From Promethearchaeota archaeon (lineage in GTDB: Archaea; Asgardarchaeota; Lokiarchaeia; Sigyniarchaeales; SOKP01), in contig JBHLON010000051.1 of the NCBI GenBank assembly GCA_048940445.1, positions 1 to 16,417 of the forward strand: a stretch of 16,417 nucleotides of DNA, read 5' to 3'. The position numbers and the translations under genes are program-made. The notes under the pieces were generated by a model. The model saw nothing but the letters and a program-made list of their open reading frames with translations. It was not told where the DNA came from and ran no database searches. The stretch's first letter is position 1. Each line of letters starts with the position of its first letter. This document shows, in pieces, positions 15,875-16,417 of the stretch.

Positions 15875-16417
15875 TTAATATTTTTTATAAATTAAAAATA
15901 TCGATGTAAAGAATACTGCAATCATAATTCCAAAAAATGATGTCCATTCCAAGATTGACAATCTAAGGGCTATATAAATAAAAAGTACTCCTGTAACAAT
16001 AAAACTCAAATAAGCATGAACCTTCAAAAATTTTACACTTCTAAGAAATATATATCCATACAATAAAAATGTGATAGAAGTACAAACGAAGAATATGAGA
16101 GCTAAAAGACCGTGAATCGTTAAAATCACTAAATTTTCAGGATAAGCAGGAAACACTCCTATTAAAGATAAAGAAACACAATCTATAATCGAGATACGTA
16201 AAACAATTTTTTTTATGTTATTATTAACACTTTCTCCATTGACTGCTTTTCCTAAACTAATATTGAAGGGTATTGCAAAAAGACCAGAAAGGATAAAACC
16301 TATATTAAAATAAATACCACCTGGACTAAGTGCTAAATGGCTTATATTATATTTTAACATGGAATACCCTGGAAATGAAAAAAAAGCAATAAGATTCCCA
16401 AGAAACATTATCACTAT
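15875..16417 (-). CDS. DUF998-like (Frag1/DRAM/Sfk1-related) membrane protein, probably 5'-truncated
   Basis: The frame stays open to the window edge (ATA precedes GTG 16414). Motifs PGYS....ISHL, FNIGFILSG, IGVFP, H...A..FF and LEW, with several TM helices. Confidence 0.7.
   Translation of the reverse strand: MVIMFLGNLIAFFSFPGYSMLKYNISHLALSPGGIYFNIGFILSGLFAIPFNISLGKAVNGESVNNNIKKIVLRISIIDCVSLSLIGVFPAYPENLVILTIHGLLALIFFVCTSITFLLYGYIFLRSVKFLKVHAYLSFIVTGVLFIYIALRLSILEWTSFFGIMIAVFFTSIFLIYKKY

Overview
A gene-dense, strongly AT-rich window. TATA-type promoters, oligo-T terminators and the style of the surface protein point to an archaeon, probably an Asgard (Lokiarchaeia-like) lineage; this is inferred, not proven. 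The left ~9 kb (1..8918) is a candidate inositol-phosphate island. It has a divergent myo-inositol-1-phosphate synthase (Ino1/MIPS) and four ATP-grasp paralogues. Three of the four carry the D-x-N signature of ITPK1-type inositol phosphate kinases instead of the E-x-N of RimK-type ligases; the fourth is degenerate. The island also holds a HAD phosphatase that runs off the left edge and is missing from the ORF track, a membrane-anchored clan GH-D-like glycosidase and a glycoside-type MFS transporter. The right part has a 1515-aa orphan surface protein (two family-5 solute-binding domains with mosaic DNA identity, an Ig-like domain, three 94-aa repeats and a C-terminal anchor), an overlapping LMW phosphatase-uppP pair, pncA and a truncated DUF998-like membrane protein. 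No RNA genes, CRISPR arrays or mobile elements were recognised.
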